Assembly (NCBI GenBank): GCA_965602675.1
Contig: CBFCZO010000004.1
Coordinates: 6,512-70,511, forward strand
Direction: 5' to 3'
Source: an uncultured bacterium
GTDB lineage: Bacteria > Acidobacteriota > DATKUA01
DNA length: 64,000 bases
Position 1 is the stretch's first letter. Each line of letters opens with the position of its first letter. Position numbers and translations under genes: made by a program. The notes under the pieces are model-generated. The model made no database searches. It was not told where the DNA came from and saw only the letters and a list, made by a program, of their open reading frames with translations. Below are positions 11,107-22,015 of this stretch, one piece after another.

Positions 11107-12237
11107 TTGGGGATTCGCTTGAAAGCCATCCTGATGCTCCGGAACGGCCGTGCTTTGGAGGGTCGTTCTTTTGGGGCGCAGGGTGACGCGGTCGGAGAAG
11201 TTGTATTCAACACCTCCATGACCGGATACCAGGAGATCCTCACCGATCCCAGCTACCGCGGCCAGATCGTGACCATGACCTACCCGTTGATCGGTAATTA
11301 CGGGGTCAACGAGGAGGACGTCGAGAGCCACGGCCTTTTTCTTTCCGGCCTCATCGTCAGGGAGTACTCCAGGTTCTACAGCAACTGGCGCGGCGTCGTC
11401 AGCCTCGAAAGCCTGCTCAAGCGCCGGGGAGTGGTCGGTATCTCGGAGATCGACACCCGCTGTCTCACGCGCATGATCCGCCGCGACGGCGCCATGAGCG
11501 GCATCATCTCCACCGAGGATTTCGACCACGATTCCCTGCTGGCAAAAGTCCGCGCAACCCCGGAGATGACCGGGCGGGACTACGTCACCGAAGTCACGTG
11601 CGACAAGCCCTGGCTCTGGGATGCGAGCAAGGCCGGGCCTTCCTCTGCCGCCGAAAGCTGGCCCGAGCCGCAATACGAGCTCGTAGCCTTCGATTTCGGC
11701 GTCAAGTTCAGCATTCTCCGCTCGCTGGCCCGCCGCGGCTGCCGCGTTCAGATCGTGCCCGCCGACGCCGGCTGCGAGGAGGTCCTCGAGCGCAAGCCGC
11801 ACGGGCTGCTGCTCAGCAACGGCCCCGGCGATCCGGCCGCTCTGCCGGGCATTATCGATACCACAGGGAAACTCCTTGAGAGGCTGCCCGTTCTGGGAGT
11901 CTGCCTCGGACATCAATTGCTCGCGCTGGCCCTCGGCGCCGGCACCTATAAACTCCCCTTCGGCCATCACGGCGGAAATCATCCCGTAAAAAATATTCTC
12001 ACCGGAAAAGTGGAAATCACGGCGCAGAACCACGGCTTCGCGGTCGACCCCGAAAGCTTGCCCGATCACGCGGAAGTAACCCACACCAGCCTCTACGACG
12101 GGACGGTCGAGGGCATCCGCCATCGCTATCTCCCGGTGTTCAGCGTCCAATACCATCCGGAGGCCGCGCCCGGGCCGCATGACAGCGGATATATCTTCGA
12201 CGACTTCGTCTCAGCCATCGCCGCGGGAACTTTCTGA
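11107..12237 (+). CDS. carA: Carbamoyl-phosphate synthase small (glutaminase) subunit.
   Basis: The N-terminal CPSase_sm domain matches strongly. The GATase catalytic triad region is present (GVCLGHQLLALALGA). Start is ambiguous: TTG at 11107, or TTG at 11119 giving MKAILML. Confidence 0.93.
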   Translation: MGIRLKAILMLRNGRALEGRSFGAQGDAVGEVVFNTSMTGYQEILTDPSYRGQIVTMTYPLIGNYGVNEEDVESHGLFLSGLIVREYSRFYSNWRGVVSLESLLKRRGVVGISEIDTRCLTRMIRRDGAMSGIISTEDFDHDSLLAKVRATPEMTGRDYVTEVTCDKPWLWDASKAGPSSAAESWPEPQYELVAFDFGVKFSILRSLARRGCRVQIVPADAGCEEVLERKPHGLLLSNGPGDPAALPGIIDTTGKLLERLPVLGVCLGHQLLALALGAGTYKLPFGHHGGNHPVKNILTGKVEITAQNHGFAVDPESLPDHAEVTHTSLYDGTVEGIRHRYLPVFSVQYHPEAAPGPHDSGYIFDDFVSAIAAGTF

Positions 12238-12295
12238 GCGGGGGCAGACATGATTGGACACCCGATAAGCCGGGATTGAAGGGAACCATATAACC

Positions 12296-15200
12296 TTGCC
12301 GAAGCGAACCGATATAAAGAGCGTTCTGATCATCGGCTCGGGGCCCATCATCATCGGCCAGGCCTGCGAATTCGACTACTCCGGCACCCAGGCCTGCAAG
12401 GCGCTCAAGGACGAGGGCTACCGGGTAATCCTGCTCAATTCCAACCCCGCAACGATCATGACCGATCCCGGCATCGCCGACAGCATTTACATTGAGCCGC
12501 CCACGGTCGAGTTCGCCGAGATAGTTATAAAAAACGAGAAGCCCGACGTGCTCTTGCCGACTGTCGGCGGGCAGACCGCCCTCAACCTTGCGGTGGAACT
12601 GGATAAGGCCGGCGTCCTGGAGCGGTACGGCGTCGAACTCATCGGCGCGAGGGTCGACGCCATCGCTCGCGCTGAGGACCGCGAGCTCTTCAAGAAGGCC
12701 ATGGACGAGGCGGGCCTGCCGATGCCCCTCGGAGGCTTCGCGCGGAACCTGGGAGAGGCGGTGAGCAAGGTCGGCAAAACCGGCTTCCCGGCTATCATTC
12801 GCCCCTCATACACTCTCGGGGGAATCGGCGGCGGAATCGCCTACAACATCGAAGAATTCCAGGAACTGGCGCGGCGCGGGCTGGTGGCCAGCATGATCGG
12901 CGAGATTCTGGTCGAGCAATCGGTCATCGGCTGGAAGGAATTCGAGCTGGAAGTGATGCGCGACATCAACGACAACGTCGTCGTCATCTGCTCGATCGAA
13001 AACCTCGATCCCATGGGAGTGCACACCGGTGACTCTATCACCGTCGCCCCAGCCCAGACGCTCACCGATGCCGAATACCAGAAAATGCGTGACTGGGCCA
13101 AGCGCGTGATCAAGGCAATCGGCGTGGAGACCGGCGGCTCCAATATCCAGTTCGCCGTCAATCCCGACGACGGCCGCATGCTGGTGATCGAGATGAACCC
13201 GCGCGTCAGCCGCAGCTCCGCCCTCGCCTCAAAGGCAACCGGCTACCCGATCGCCAAGGTGGCCGCCAAGCTCGCAGTCGGCTACACGCTCGATGAGATT
13301 CCCAACGATATCACCCGCGTCACGCCCGCCTGCTTCGAGCCGACTATTGACTACGTCGTGGTGAAAGTGCCGCGTTGGGAATTCGAAAAATTCCCCAAGG
13401 CCGACCCCGCCCTCGGCACGCAGATGAAAAGCATCGGCGAGGCCATGGCGATCGGCAGGACCTTCAAGGAAGCGCTGCAGAAGGGCTTGAGATCAACCGA
13501 GACCGGCAAGACAGGACTGGTCACATGGGTCGGTGACGACGAGAGGCTGGGCGACACGCGGGCGAAACTGATGCAGCCGAATTCCGACCGCCTCTTCTAC
13601 ATTGCCAGCGCCCTGCGCCACGGCTGGAACGTCATCGACGTGCAGAGGCTCACGCGCATCGATCCCTGGTTCATCCTCCAGATCAACGAGCTGATGATGC
13701 TGGAAGCTGAGCTGGTGCGGCATACGCTCGACAGCATTCCCGATGAGCTGCTGTTGCAGGCCAAGCGCTGGGGTTTCTCCGATGCGCAACTCGCATCTCT
13801 GCTCAGCGCGGAAGAACACGACGTCCGAAAACGGCGGCAGGAATCCGGTCTGAACCCCGTCTACAAGCGCGTCGACACCTGCGCCGCCGAGTTCGAGGCT
13901 TTCACACCCTATCTCTACTCGACCTACGAGACCGAGGACGAAGCCTCCCCAACCGATGAACGAAAGGTGATGATTCTCGGCGGAGGACCCAACCGGATCG
14001 GACAGGGAATCGAATTCGACTACTGCTGTTGCCAGGCAAGCGCAGCTCTCCGCGACATGAGAATCGAGAGCATCATGGTCAACTGCAATCCCGAGACGGT
14101 GAGCACCGATTACGACACCTCCGACCGCCTCTACTTCGAACCCCTCACGCTCGAGGACGTGCTCAACATCATCCGCATAGAACAGCCCGAAGGAGTGGTG
14201 CTGCAGTTCGGCGGCCAGACTCCCCTGAAGCTGGCGAAAGCGTTGGACGAAGCGGGAGTCCGCATCCTGGGTACGTCGCCTGAGGGCATCGATATCGCCG
14301 AGGACAGGGGGCGCTTCGGTGCGCTCGCCGAAGAGCTGGGCCTCAGATTACCGCCCTGGGGTATCGCCCACTCGGATGAGCAGGCGCTCGAGGAGGCTGA
14401 GAAGGTGGGCTACCCGGTGCTCGTGCGGCCTTCATATGTCCTCGGCGGGCGCGCTATGGCGATCGTTTACGGCGACGATGAATTGCGGCATTACATCCGC
14501 CGCGCAACCGATGTCTCGCCGGGCAGCCCGGTGCTCATCGACCGCTTCCTCGAGGACGCGTTCGAGGTCGACGTCGACGCAATCTCCGACGGCCGCTCAA
14601 CCGTGATCGCGGGCATCCTCGAGCACATCGAGCAGGCGGGAATACACAGCGGCGACAGCAGCATGGTCTTTCCCAGCTTCATGGTCCCACCGAAAATCCT
14701 CGACGAAATCCGCGAGCTGACCGGAACCATCTCCTCGGCTCTAAAAGTCATGGGGCTGATGAACATCCAGTTCGCGATCAAGGACGACCGCATATATATC
14801 CTCGAGGTCAACCCGAGGGCATCGAGGACTGTTCCGTTCATCTCCAAGGCCACAGGCCTGCCCTTCGCGAAGATGGCGATGAGGGCAATGATGGGCTTGA
14901 CACTCGATGAGCAGGGACTTACGGAGGAACCGGTGCCGGAAGGCGTCCACGTAAAAACGCCGGTCTTCCCCTTTAAGTCCTTCCCGGGGGAGGACCCGCT
15001 GCTCGGGCCGGAGATGAAGAGCACCGGCGAGGTGATGGGGCGCGACAGAAGCTTCGGAGCGGCCTTCGCCAAAAGCACCACGGCGGCGGGGATTCGCCTG
15101 CCGACCGAAGGGGCCGTTTTTGTCAGCGTGCACGACCACGACAAGGAAAAGGCATCGACAATCGCCAGGGATCTGTCGGACCTCGGCTTCACCATTTTCG

Positions 15201-15490
15201 CCACCGCCGGCACAGCCGAAGCTCTGAAAGAGGTCGGCATCGAGGCTAACGTACTCTACAAGATCTCCGAATGGCGACCGAACGTTCTCGACGCGATCAA
15301 AAACGGCGACGTCAATTTGATCGTCAACACGCCTCTGGGCTCCTCCTCCTTCCAGGACGACTCTTTCATCAGAATCGAAGCGCTCGCACGGGAAATCCCC
15401 TGCCTCACCACGCTGAGCGCCGCGGCCGCGGCAGTGGAGGGAATCGCGGCGATGCGGAAGGGAGACTATCGGGTTTCGCCGCTGAAATAA
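12296..15490 (+). CDS. carB: Carbamoyl-phosphate synthase large subunit.
   Basis: 1064 aa. [33 protein letters not shown], duplicated ATP-grasp halves, and a C-terminal MGS-like domain. Uses a TTG start with AAGGGA RBS. Confidence 0.97.
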   Translation: MPKRTDIKSVLIIGSGPIIIGQACEFDYSGTQACKALKDEGYRVILLNSNPATIMTDPGIADSIYIEPPTVEFAEIVIKNEKPDVLLPTVGGQTALNLAVELDKAGVLERYGVELIGARVDAIARAEDRELFKKAMDEAGLPMPLGGFARNLGEAVSKVGKTGFPAIIRPSYTLGGIGGGIAYNIEEFQELARRGLVASMIGEILVEQSVIGWKEFELEVMRDINDNVVVICSIENLDPMGVHTGDSITVAPAQTLTDAEYQKMRDWAKRVIKAIGVETGGSNIQFAVNPDDGRMLVIEMNPRVSRSSALASKATGYPIAKVAAKLAVGYTLDEIPNDITRVTPACFEPTIDYVVVKVPRWEFEKFPKADPALGTQMKSIGEAMAIGRTFKEALQKGLRSTETGKTGLVTWVGDDERLGDTRAKLMQPNSDRLFYIASALRHGWNVIDVQRLTRIDPWFILQINELMMLEAELVRHTLDSIPDELLLQAKRWGFSDAQLASLLSAEEHDVRKRRQESGLNPVYKRVDTCAAEFEAFTPYLYSTYETEDEASPTDERKVMILGGGPNRIGQGIEFDYCCCQASAALRDMRIESIMVNCNPETVSTDYDTSDRLYFEPLTLEDVLNIIRIEQPEGVVLQFGGQTPLKLAKALDEAGVRILGTSPEGIDIAEDRGRFGALAEELGLRLPPWGIAHSDEQALEEAEKVGYPVLVRPSYVLGGRAMAIVYGDDELRHYIRRATDVSPGSPVLIDRFLEDAFEVDVDAISDGRSTVIAGILEHIEQAGIHSGDSSMVFPSFMVPPKILDEIRELTGTISSALKVMGLMNIQFAIKDDRIYILEVNPRASRTVPFISKATGLPFAKMAMRAMMGLTLDEQGLTEEPVPEGVHVKTPVFPFKSFPGEDPLLGPEMKSTGEVMGRDRSFGAAFAKSTTAAGIRLPTEGAVFVSVHDHDKEKASTIARDLSDLGFTIFATAGTAEALKEVGIEANVLYKISEWRPNVLDAIKNGDVNLIVNTPLGSSSFQDDSFIRIEALAREIPCLTTLSAAAAAVEGIAAMRKGDYRVSPLK

Positions 15491-15572
15491 TCACCCTCCT
15501 TCAGAACCGGCTGGTCGCCGCAAATCTCCGGAGAGCAGGCATCAATTCCTTCATTCTCACGCGCATGAACAA

Positions 15573-15593
15573 GGGGGGGCTTCTTGCCGCCCC
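15573..15593. terminator. Putative bidirectional terminator between convergent carB and pta.
   Basis: GC-rich imperfect hairpin GGGGGGC-ttctt-GCCGCCCC in a 130-nt convergent intergenic region. Confidence 0.35.
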
Positions 15594-15623
15594 GTCGTGT
15601 CGCACTCTATTCGGAATACCGTG

Positions 15624-16631
15624 CTATCGCTTCGCGCCCTGCGCCTGGATCGCGGTCATCGCTACCGTGAAGACGATGTCCTCGGCGGTGCAGCCGCGGC
15701 TGAGGTCGTTGGAGGGTTTCGCAAGGCCCTGAAGCACCGGGCCGAAGGCGTTGCCGCCCGTCAGCCTCTCGGTGATCTTGTAGGCGATGTTGCCGGCGTC
15801 GAGGTTGGGAAAGACCATCGTGTTGGCCTGGCCCCTGATGACGTCGTTATCCTTGCACTTGCGCGCGCAGATGTCCGGGATCACCGCCGTGTCGAACTGC
15901 ACCTCGCCGTCGACGCGTAGCTTCGGGGCGCGCTCGCGCACGATGGCGGTCGCTTCCCGCACCTTGTCGATCAGCGGATGCTCGGCGCTGCCCCTGGTGC
16001 TGAAACTCAGCATCGCAACCACCGGCTCGGTTTCCAGGAACAGGCGGCAGCTATCGGCGCCGCACAGGGCTATCTCCGCGAGTTGCGGCGCGGTGGGATC
16101 GGGCATCACCGCCCCGTCGGTGTAGACGAAAGCGCCGTTGTGGCCGAATTCCTTCTTGGGAATCACCATCAGGAAGAAGCTGCTTACGACGCTGAATCCC
16201 GGCTTCAGACCGATGATTTGGATGGCGGCGCGCACGGTGGCAGCAGTGGTGTTCTGGGCGCCGGCCACCGACCCGCCGGCGTCGCCGTTGCGCACCATCG
16301 CGGCGCCGAAAAAGAGCGGATCGGAAGCAATCTTTCTCGCCTCGTCCAGCGTTATGCCCTTGTGCTTGCGCGCTTCGTACACTATCGGCGCGTAACGGTC
16401 GAGCATCGCGGCATCGGTTGGATCGACTATCTCGACGCCGCCTAAATCTGCCCCGCTATTCTTCGCTAATTCGGCCACGGAATCACGGTTTCCCAATACT
16501 ATCGGCGCCGCTATGCCTCTCGCTTTGAGAGCAGCGGCCGCGGTCAGTGTCCGCTCATCATCGCCCTCCGGCAACACTATTGGCTGCATGTCGGCGCAGG
16601 CGCGTTCGATAATTCTCTCTTTTATATCCAT
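15624..16631 (-). CDS. pta: Phosphate acetyltransferase / phosphate butyryltransferase family protein.
   Basis: 335 aa. PTA_PTB fold motifs ([42 protein letters not shown]). No adjacent acetate kinase. Confidence 0.8.
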   Translation of the reverse strand: MDIKERIIERACADMQPIVLPEGDDERTLTAAAALKARGIAAPIVLGNRDSVAELAKNSGADLGGVEIVDPTDAAMLDRYAPIVYEARKHKGITLDEARKIASDPLFFGAAMVRNGDAGGSVAGAQNTTAATVRAAIQIIGLKPGFSVVSSFFLMVIPKKEFGHNGAFVYTDGAVMPDPTAPQLAEIALCGADSCRLFLETEPVVAMLSFSTRGSAEHPLIDKVREATAIVRERAPKLRVDGEVQFDTAVIPDICARKCKDNDVIRGQANTMVFPNLDAGNIAYKITERLTGGNAFGPVLQGLAKPSNDLSRGCTAEDIVFTVAMTAIQAQGAKR

Positions 16632-16829
16632 TTCCGGCTCACCGTTGTGAGTTGATTTATAAATAAGGTATAAACAATGTTACGTCGCGGTCAAGCAACA
16701 GCAATCCATTCTTAATCATAGCCCAGGCACTGTCAATAGTTCCTGCAGGAACGATTTGTCAGCCAGGGTGAGCATTGACGCCTGGATCATGCGGGGAGAT
16801 ACTGTGCCGTCAGAACACACGGGAAACAA

Positions 16830-17840
16830 ATGCCTTCGTTAGCTAAGATCTGGCGGGAAGGATTCCGTCGCATCGGTTGCGGCAGGAGATGCCGGGAGAT
16901 CAACTCGGGCATCGAACACCTGCAGAAAGAGCGCCCAAAGCTGCTGATCTCGTTAGCCAAAACTGCCTGGGAAACCGGCGCATTCGGCACGGACTTCAGT
17001 ACCTCCGCAGCGGATCTGTTGAAGACTGGTCACGACCTGAAAACGCTCAAAGAATCGCTTGAAGCCAGCCGTAAGGCTACGGAAGAGCTGGATGCCGAGT
17101 TCGCCCGGGCCGACGGCGAATCCTCAATCCGGATCCGGGATGCCGCGCAACCTTTTCGTGAAGCGAAGGGAGCTTACGACAGGCTGAACAAACAGCTTGA
17201 AGGGCTGGAGTACGAAAAGACGCGCCTCGAGCACGCTCTCCCTCTCCTGCACGAAAGCTCCGAAAAGCTCGAAGCCAGGATCGCCGAGATCGAGACCTCG
17301 AGTTCGACGGACGGAAGGCTGGCGCGATTGCGCAGCGACCTTAAAAGACGCCGGCGCGATGCCATCGACTCCGAAAGCCGCATGAAGCAGATCGAAGAGG
17401 TGGAATTGCCTGCAATCCGGCCGGAGGTGGAATCGGTCGCCCGCTCAACCGAGGCATTGAGGAGCAAACTGGAAGAGTTGGAAACGGAAGAATCAACGCA
17501 TACATCCAGCCTGAAGGAAAAGCTCGATGAGGCGCGCCGGAGAAAGAATGCTCAGGAACGGGAGGCGCGGGCGCTCGAGGATTCGATCCTGCCTCTGCTT
17601 TTTCAGTTGGGCGAAGAGCTTAACGGCAGGCGCGTGGAACACGAAGCGTTGAGCGAACACTACAACAATCTTGACGCGCAGTTGGAGGAGTTGAAAAAGC
17701 TGCACACAGCGCTCGGGATCGCAAAGGCCGACCTTAACGAACTGGATACCGCCGCAGTACGATTCTTCTGGGGCCTGGCGATCGGCGCAGGTGCTTTGCT
17801 GATGGTGGTTGTGATTATCACGGTTGCCTTTCTAACCTGA
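16830..17840 (+). CDS. Tail-anchored coiled-coil protein (336 aa): long heptad-rich region with a single C-terminal TM helix.
   Basis: E/R/K/L-rich sequence with strong coiled-coil periodicity. The terminal hydrophobic segment is FFWGLAIGAGALLMVVVIITVAFLT. No known domain. Confidence 0.6.
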   Translation: MPSLAKIWREGFRRIGCGRRCREINSGIEHLQKERPKLLISLAKTAWETGAFGTDFSTSAADLLKTGHDLKTLKESLEASRKATEELDAEFARADGESSIRIRDAAQPFREAKGAYDRLNKQLEGLEYEKTRLEHALPLLHESSEKLEARIAEIETSSSTDGRLARLRSDLKRRRRDAIDSESRMKQIEEVELPAIRPEVESVARSTEALRSKLEELETEESTHTSSLKEKLDEARRRKNAQEREARALEDSILPLLFQLGEELNGRRVEHEALSEHYNNLDAQLEELKKLHTALGIAKADLNELDTAAVRFFWGLAIGAGALLMVVVIITVAFLT

Positions 17841-17870
17841 TAGCTGCAACCGGGCAGACGGGATAAGGCG

Positions 17871-18896
17871 ATGCCGCAGATGCATGACATCTTCAGGGAC
17901 GGAGCGGAATTCATCCGGCGCAACTTCAGGCGGACGATCCTCACAGCCCGCCTGAGCGACGAACGTCAGAGGCTGGAGAGGTTCCTCAGCGATCTGGGCC
18001 GCAAGGCGTGGGAGCTTGGCATTTCAACGTGCGAATCCGTTCCCACGGGCAAGGAACTGGGAAAGATACAGAAAAAAATCGACAAGCTGGAACAGCGGAC
18101 GGACTCCGACACGGGGAACCTGGACGCGCAGATCAGGGAAATCGAGGGCAAGGCACTCGAGGAGGAAAAGCGCTTTCGCGACATCGACACCCGTCGCGAA
18201 GGCGCAATCGGCCAGAAAACTCAGCGGGCGAAAACCATATCGGAGATCAGAAAGAAGCTACAGGAACTCGCTGACAAGCGGGAGCGCCTGAAAGATGATT
18301 TGAAGTTCTGCTCCGACAAACACCGCCAGCTCGAATCGAACGGCCCCAAGGCATCCGGCGCGGGGGAGAGCGCCGCCGAGCTGCTGGCTACGGAAGAAGC
18401 GCTGAATAATCAGTCGAAGGAGGTCGCCGGGCAGATCAAGGCCCTGCAGAACAGGTTGCGATACAACGAGCGGGCGATGTCTCCCCTTGAGCAGACCATC
18501 GCTGCAATCCTGGAGGATCTCGAGGCAAGCCGGGCACAACGCCGGCTGCTCCAGGACCAAATGAAAGAGTTACGTGCCAGGCTTCACGAGCTTCGCAACA
18601 ATGCCGCACACCAGAGAAATCCTCTGCTCAAAGAACGCCGGGCGCTTTATGGCGGCCTCGGAATAGAATTACTGAGCAATCGCTCCGATGAGCCCGAACT
18701 GGGACCGCTGTTCAGCGCGGCAGACCTGTCGGTGTCCACAGTGAGAGGTCTTGAGAAAGACATCGAGGCCGAAAAGCAGCTCATCGGACTGCTCGATCAG
18801 ACTGCGGTAACCATGTTCATCGGTATTCTTTTCGGAGCCGGATTGTTGATGTTCATGGTGTTTGCGCTGATAATTACTTTAATCCTCGTTTTGTGA
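17871..18896 (+). CDS. Paralogous tail-anchored coiled-coil protein (341 aa).
   Basis: Same architecture as 16830-17840 (N-terminal ...LGRKAWELG..., coiled coil, C-terminal TM FIGILFGAGLLMFMVFALIITLILVL). The two genes are 31 nt apart. Confidence 0.6.
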   Translation: MPQMHDIFRDGAEFIRRNFRRTILTARLSDERQRLERFLSDLGRKAWELGISTCESVPTGKELGKIQKKIDKLEQRTDSDTGNLDAQIREIEGKALEEEKRFRDIDTRREGAIGQKTQRAKTISEIRKKLQELADKRERLKDDLKFCSDKHRQLESNGPKASGAGESAAELLATEEALNNQSKEVAGQIKALQNRLRYNERAMSPLEQTIAAILEDLEASRAQRRLLQDQMKELRARLHELRNNAAHQRNPLLKERRALYGGLGIELLSNRSDEPELGPLFSAADLSVSTVRGLEKDIEAEKQLIGLLDQTAVTMFIGILFGAGLLMFMVFALIITLILVL

Positions 18897-19102
18897 ATGG
18901 AGGGAATGCTTTGCGGCGGGATCTGCTTATGGTCGTCTCGGACAATGGGATATATCACTCCCGCTCGGTTTTTACCCGGATAGTGCCAAACCTCACCGAA
19001 AAAAATACGGTTACGAGTATTAATTCCTTTAGATTGAAAATGTTGCCGCTTCATAGTACCATTAATCGATCTTCGGGAGCCGGCTAAAACAAAGGATCTG
19101 CC

Positions 19103-19603
19103 ATGCCCGCCCTCGACCTTTTTCTGTATGAGGAAGATCACATCGCGCTCAAGCAGGCAGTGGAGCGACTCTGCCGCGAGAGCGAGGCAAAAGCGGTCTT
19201 CCTCATCGACAAAAACGGTCAGCAGCTCATGGCCGCCGGGGACTACGGCGACATAGACACCGTCTCGCTGGCGACGCTGGCTGCGGGCAACGTCGCGGCG
19301 ACCGACGGCCTGGCAAGGCTGCTCGGCGAACAGGGCTTCACTATTCTTTTCCACGAGGGCGAGCGGGATAACATACACATTTCGATCGTCGGAGACCTGG
19401 CTATTCTTGTTGTTATCTTCGACGATAGGACCTCGGTAGGGCTCGTGCGCCTGCGCGTGAAGCGCTCTACCGACGCCCTGGAAAGCGTGCTGGTGCAGGC
19501 TGTGAAGCGCCAGCAGGCCGTCAAGGAGCAGGCGGGCGAGGCGGAGAAAAAATCCGACTTGCAGGAAATCACGGATGAAGAGATAGAGAACCTCTTCAGA
19601 TGA
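19103..19603 (+). CDS. mglB: MglB, the roadblock/LC7 GTPase-activating protein for MglA.
   Basis: Closely alignable to the Myxococcus xanthus MglB sequence as recalled from memory (KAVFLIDKNGQQL, DTVSLATLAAGNVAA, VLVVIFDDRTSVGLVRLRVK, acidic tail ending DEEIENLF). Confidence 0.9.
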   Translation: MPALDLFLYEEDHIALKQAVERLCRESEAKAVFLIDKNGQQLMAAGDYGDIDTVSLATLAAGNVAATDGLARLLGEQGFTILFHEGERDNIHISIVGDLAILVVIFDDRTSVGLVRLRVKRSTDALESVLVQAVKRQQAVKEQAGEAEKKSDLQEITDEEIENLFR

Positions 19604-19652
19604 GCGGGGCGTTAACATTCGCCGATGAGATGGCGGGGGGATCGCAGGGCAA

Positions 19653-20243
19653 GTGACTTACGTTAATTATTCCGCGAGGGAGATCAACGTCAAGATCGTT
19701 TATTACGGTCCCGGACTCGGCGGCAAGACCACCAACCTGCAGTTCATCTACAACAGCTCGGGCGCGAAGCAGCAGGGAAAGCTGATCAGCCTGGCCACCG
19801 AGACCGACAGGACGCTTTTCTTCGACTTCATGCCCCTCGATCTGGGAAACATCCGCGGCTTCCGCACCCGCCTCCATCTCTACACCGTCCCGGGGCAGGT
19901 CTTCTACAACGCCAGCCGCAAGCTGATCCTCAAGGGCGTTGACGGCATCGTGCAGGTGGCCGACAGCCAGGTCGAGCGACTCGACGCGAACATCGAGAGT
20001 ATAAACAACCTGCAGGACAACCTGCGCGAGCACGGCTACGACCTGGAGACCATCCCCTACGTTCTGCAGCTCAATAAGCGGGATCTCAAGAATGTCGTCT
20101 CGAGCGAGGAACTCGCCAAGACACTTCATGTCAAAAACGAACCGGTTTTGGAAGCCGTCGCCACCGAAGGCAAGGGAGTGTTTCAGAGCCTCAAGGCCGT
20201 CTCGAAATTGATCCTCATCGACCTGCGACAGAGGCTTGTCTGA
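19653..20243 (+). CDS. mglA: MglA, Ras-like small GTPase.
   Basis: GTG start. EINVKIVYYGPGLGGKTTNL P-loop, LISLATETDRTLFFDF switch region, HLYTVPGQVFY and LQLNKRDL. Roughly 70% identity by eye to the M. xanthus MglA sequence as recalled from memory. Confidence 0.95.
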   Translation: MTYVNYSAREINVKIVYYGPGLGGKTTNLQFIYNSSGAKQQGKLISLATETDRTLFFDFMPLDLGNIRGFRTRLHLYTVPGQVFYNASRKLILKGVDGIVQVADSQVERLDANIESINNLQDNLREHGYDLETIPYVLQLNKRDLKNVVSSEELAKTLHVKNEPVLEAVATEGKGVFQSLKAVSKLILIDLRQRLV

Positions 20244-20254
20244 TCCCCGCCCCG

Positions 20255-20572
20255 CTATTTTGACTTCAGACTCGCTACGTACTTCTTCTTCAGCCGGTAG
20301 ACGAATACCAGCAGCTCGGCTACCACCTCGTAGAGGGCGGGATCGATCTCTTCGCCAAGATCCATCTTCGAAAGGATCGACACAAGATCGGCGTCCTCGG
20401 TGATCGGGATGTCGTGCTCCTTGGCCAGGGCGATGATCTTCTCGGCTATTCTCCCCTCGCCCTTGGCTATCAGGCGGGGCGCGCCGTCTTTCTCGGGGGT
20501 GAAGCGCAGTGCGGCCGCCCTCAGGCGTTCCCTCTCTCCCCGCTTTCGCTTGCCCTTATCCGCCATCGTCAC
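20255..20572 (-). CDS. Stand-alone FlhB C-terminal domain paralog (FlhB_C / YlqH-like, EscU/YscU/HrcU family).
   Basis: 105 aa. Central APRLIAKGEGRIAEKIIALAKEHDIPITEDADLV matches the conserved FlhB cytoplasmic domain around the NPTH region, but here lacks the autocleavage NPTH. Its start overlaps the stop of the upstream FliK-like gene. Confidence 0.8.
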   Translation of the reverse strand: MTMADKGKRKRGERERLRAAALRFTPEKDGAPRLIAKGEGRIAEKIIALAKEHDIPITEDADLVSILSKMDLGEEIDPALYEVVAELLVFVYRLKKKYVASLKSK

Positions 20573-21993
20573 ACCTGCAGGTTGACAAGGCCGTCACCGC
20601 CGGAGAGGGTTTCAGCGTCGAAGCGGTGAAAATCGTCGACCTTTCGAACATCCGCCACAGCCTTCAGCAGCGCCAGCCTGAAGCCTCTCGACTCCAGCTG
20701 CTCGGCGAACTCCTGCTCCATCCCGGACGCCATCTCAGCCACATCGCGCTTCTCGGCAAAGAGGTTCACATACAGCGTTTTATCTTGCAGCAGCGCATCG
20801 ATCCTTATCTTGCCCAGTGTCTCGAGATTCAGCAGCAGCACCGCCGTGAGGCTCCCCCCCGTCTTCCCCTTGCCGGTTCGCGAAAGGTACTGCTTGATCT
20901 GCACCTCCGTCATCTCGCCCAGAATGCTCACCGGAAACAGGATGTGCTGGTAGAGGCCGCGGTCCCGCAAATGAACATTGAGCAACTGCAGGTTCTCCAG
21001 GCGCTCGCGAAGCTCCGAGGCCGTTTTACCCAATTGCTCACGGGCGGTATCTGTGGCCAGCCTCCGCGAAAGCTGCTCGAAAAGTTCTTCAACCGCGCGT
21101 TGAAACGGCGCAGCCTCGCGCCCCTGGAGCGTCTGGGCCAGAACGCGGAGACGACCGGCGAAACTCTCGAGTGTCTCCTGGGCAGGCCGGCCCTCGGCGC
21201 TGCGCAATGTTGTCTCCAACGCCTGCCTTAGCTCTTCGGTCAGCTGAGTCAGCTCAGCCGCCCTTTCGCCGAGAACGGGCGACCAGCGGTTTTGAAAGGC
21301 CTGCAGCAGTGTAGAAACCTCGCGAATGATATTCGTTATATTTCTCTGGCCCAGCGCCGCGATAAATCTGCCCAGGAGGCCCTTCAATCCCTCGGCCTCC
21401 GCGCCGGGCCGCGAAAATTGCTCACCGGCCACTCCTTCCCTCAGGGCGGCCTCCAGACCTAATCCCAATGAGAGCAGGATCGTCCGCAACTCTGAGCCGA
21501 GATTCTCCGTTTCTCCCCCTACCTGCGGCAAAACAAGCTGCTGCGCAAGCCTGCTGAGCAGCTCTTCGGGAACCGACAGGCCGCGGCCCTCGAGAATGCT
21601 GCTGACCTGGCGCGCCAGGCTTGCCGCCGATTCAGCAGTGTCCGCTCCCACGAACAGCGAGCGCAGCGCCGACGCCAGGTTCTTCTCCGCGGCCGTCCGC
21701 TCCGCGAGCACCTCGAGCTGCAGGTTGGCTCCCAGCTCGCTGATTCTCACCGTGATCATCTGCCCGGGGCGGAGTGGCGGAGCGCCCTCGGCCAGGAAGC
21801 GCTCCCCGCCCATCTCGATCAGAGCTTTGTCGCCAGAGAGCAACTCGATCACCCGGGCGCCCAACACCTGGCCCCGGACAAATGTCGCTATCTGCGCCTC
21901 CTGCCCCTGAGCGCCGCCCCCCCCTTCCTGCTGCGTCTGCAGCTGCGTCGCTACCGAGGCCACAATCTGGCCGATAATCAGGGAATCTCCCAT
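20569..21993 (-). CDS. Putative flagellar hook-length control protein (FliK-like). Gln/Gly-rich N-terminus, Ala/Leu/Glu-rich helical middle, globular C-terminus.
   Basis: Low-complexity helical protein of 474 aa. Transcribed immediately before the FlhB_C paralog, which is the same FliK plus FlhB_C partner logic as B. subtilis ylqG-ylqH. No direct sequence match can be verified by eye. Confidence 0.45.
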   Translation of the reverse strand: MGDSLIIGQIVASVATQLQTQQEGGGGAQGQEAQIATFVRGQVLGARVIELLSGDKALIEMGGERFLAEGAPPLRPGQMITVRISELGANLQLEVLAERTAAEKNLASALRSLFVGADTAESAASLARQVSSILEGRGLSVPEELLSRLAQQLVLPQVGGETENLGSELRTILLSLGLGLEAALREGVAGEQFSRPGAEAEGLKGLLGRFIAALGQRNITNIIREVSTLLQAFQNRWSPVLGERAAELTQLTEELRQALETTLRSAEGRPAQETLESFAGRLRVLAQTLQGREAAPFQRAVEELFEQLSRRLATDTAREQLGKTASELRERLENLQLLNVHLRDRGLYQHILFPVSILGEMTEVQIKQYLSRTGKGKTGGSLTAVLLLNLETLGKIRIDALLQDKTLYVNLFAEKRDVAEMASGMEQEFAEQLESRGFRLALLKAVADVRKVDDFHRFDAETLSGGDGLVNLQV

Positions 21994-22015
21994 CGTACTA
22001 CCCGGTGAATATGAA

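Noticed and set aside
18897-19102. AT-rich spacer upstream of mglB with ttgaaaatgttgcc, considered as a sigma-54 -24/-12 element.
   Set aside because: Lacks the invariant GG of the -24 box. Probably an ordinary sigma-70-type promoter region.
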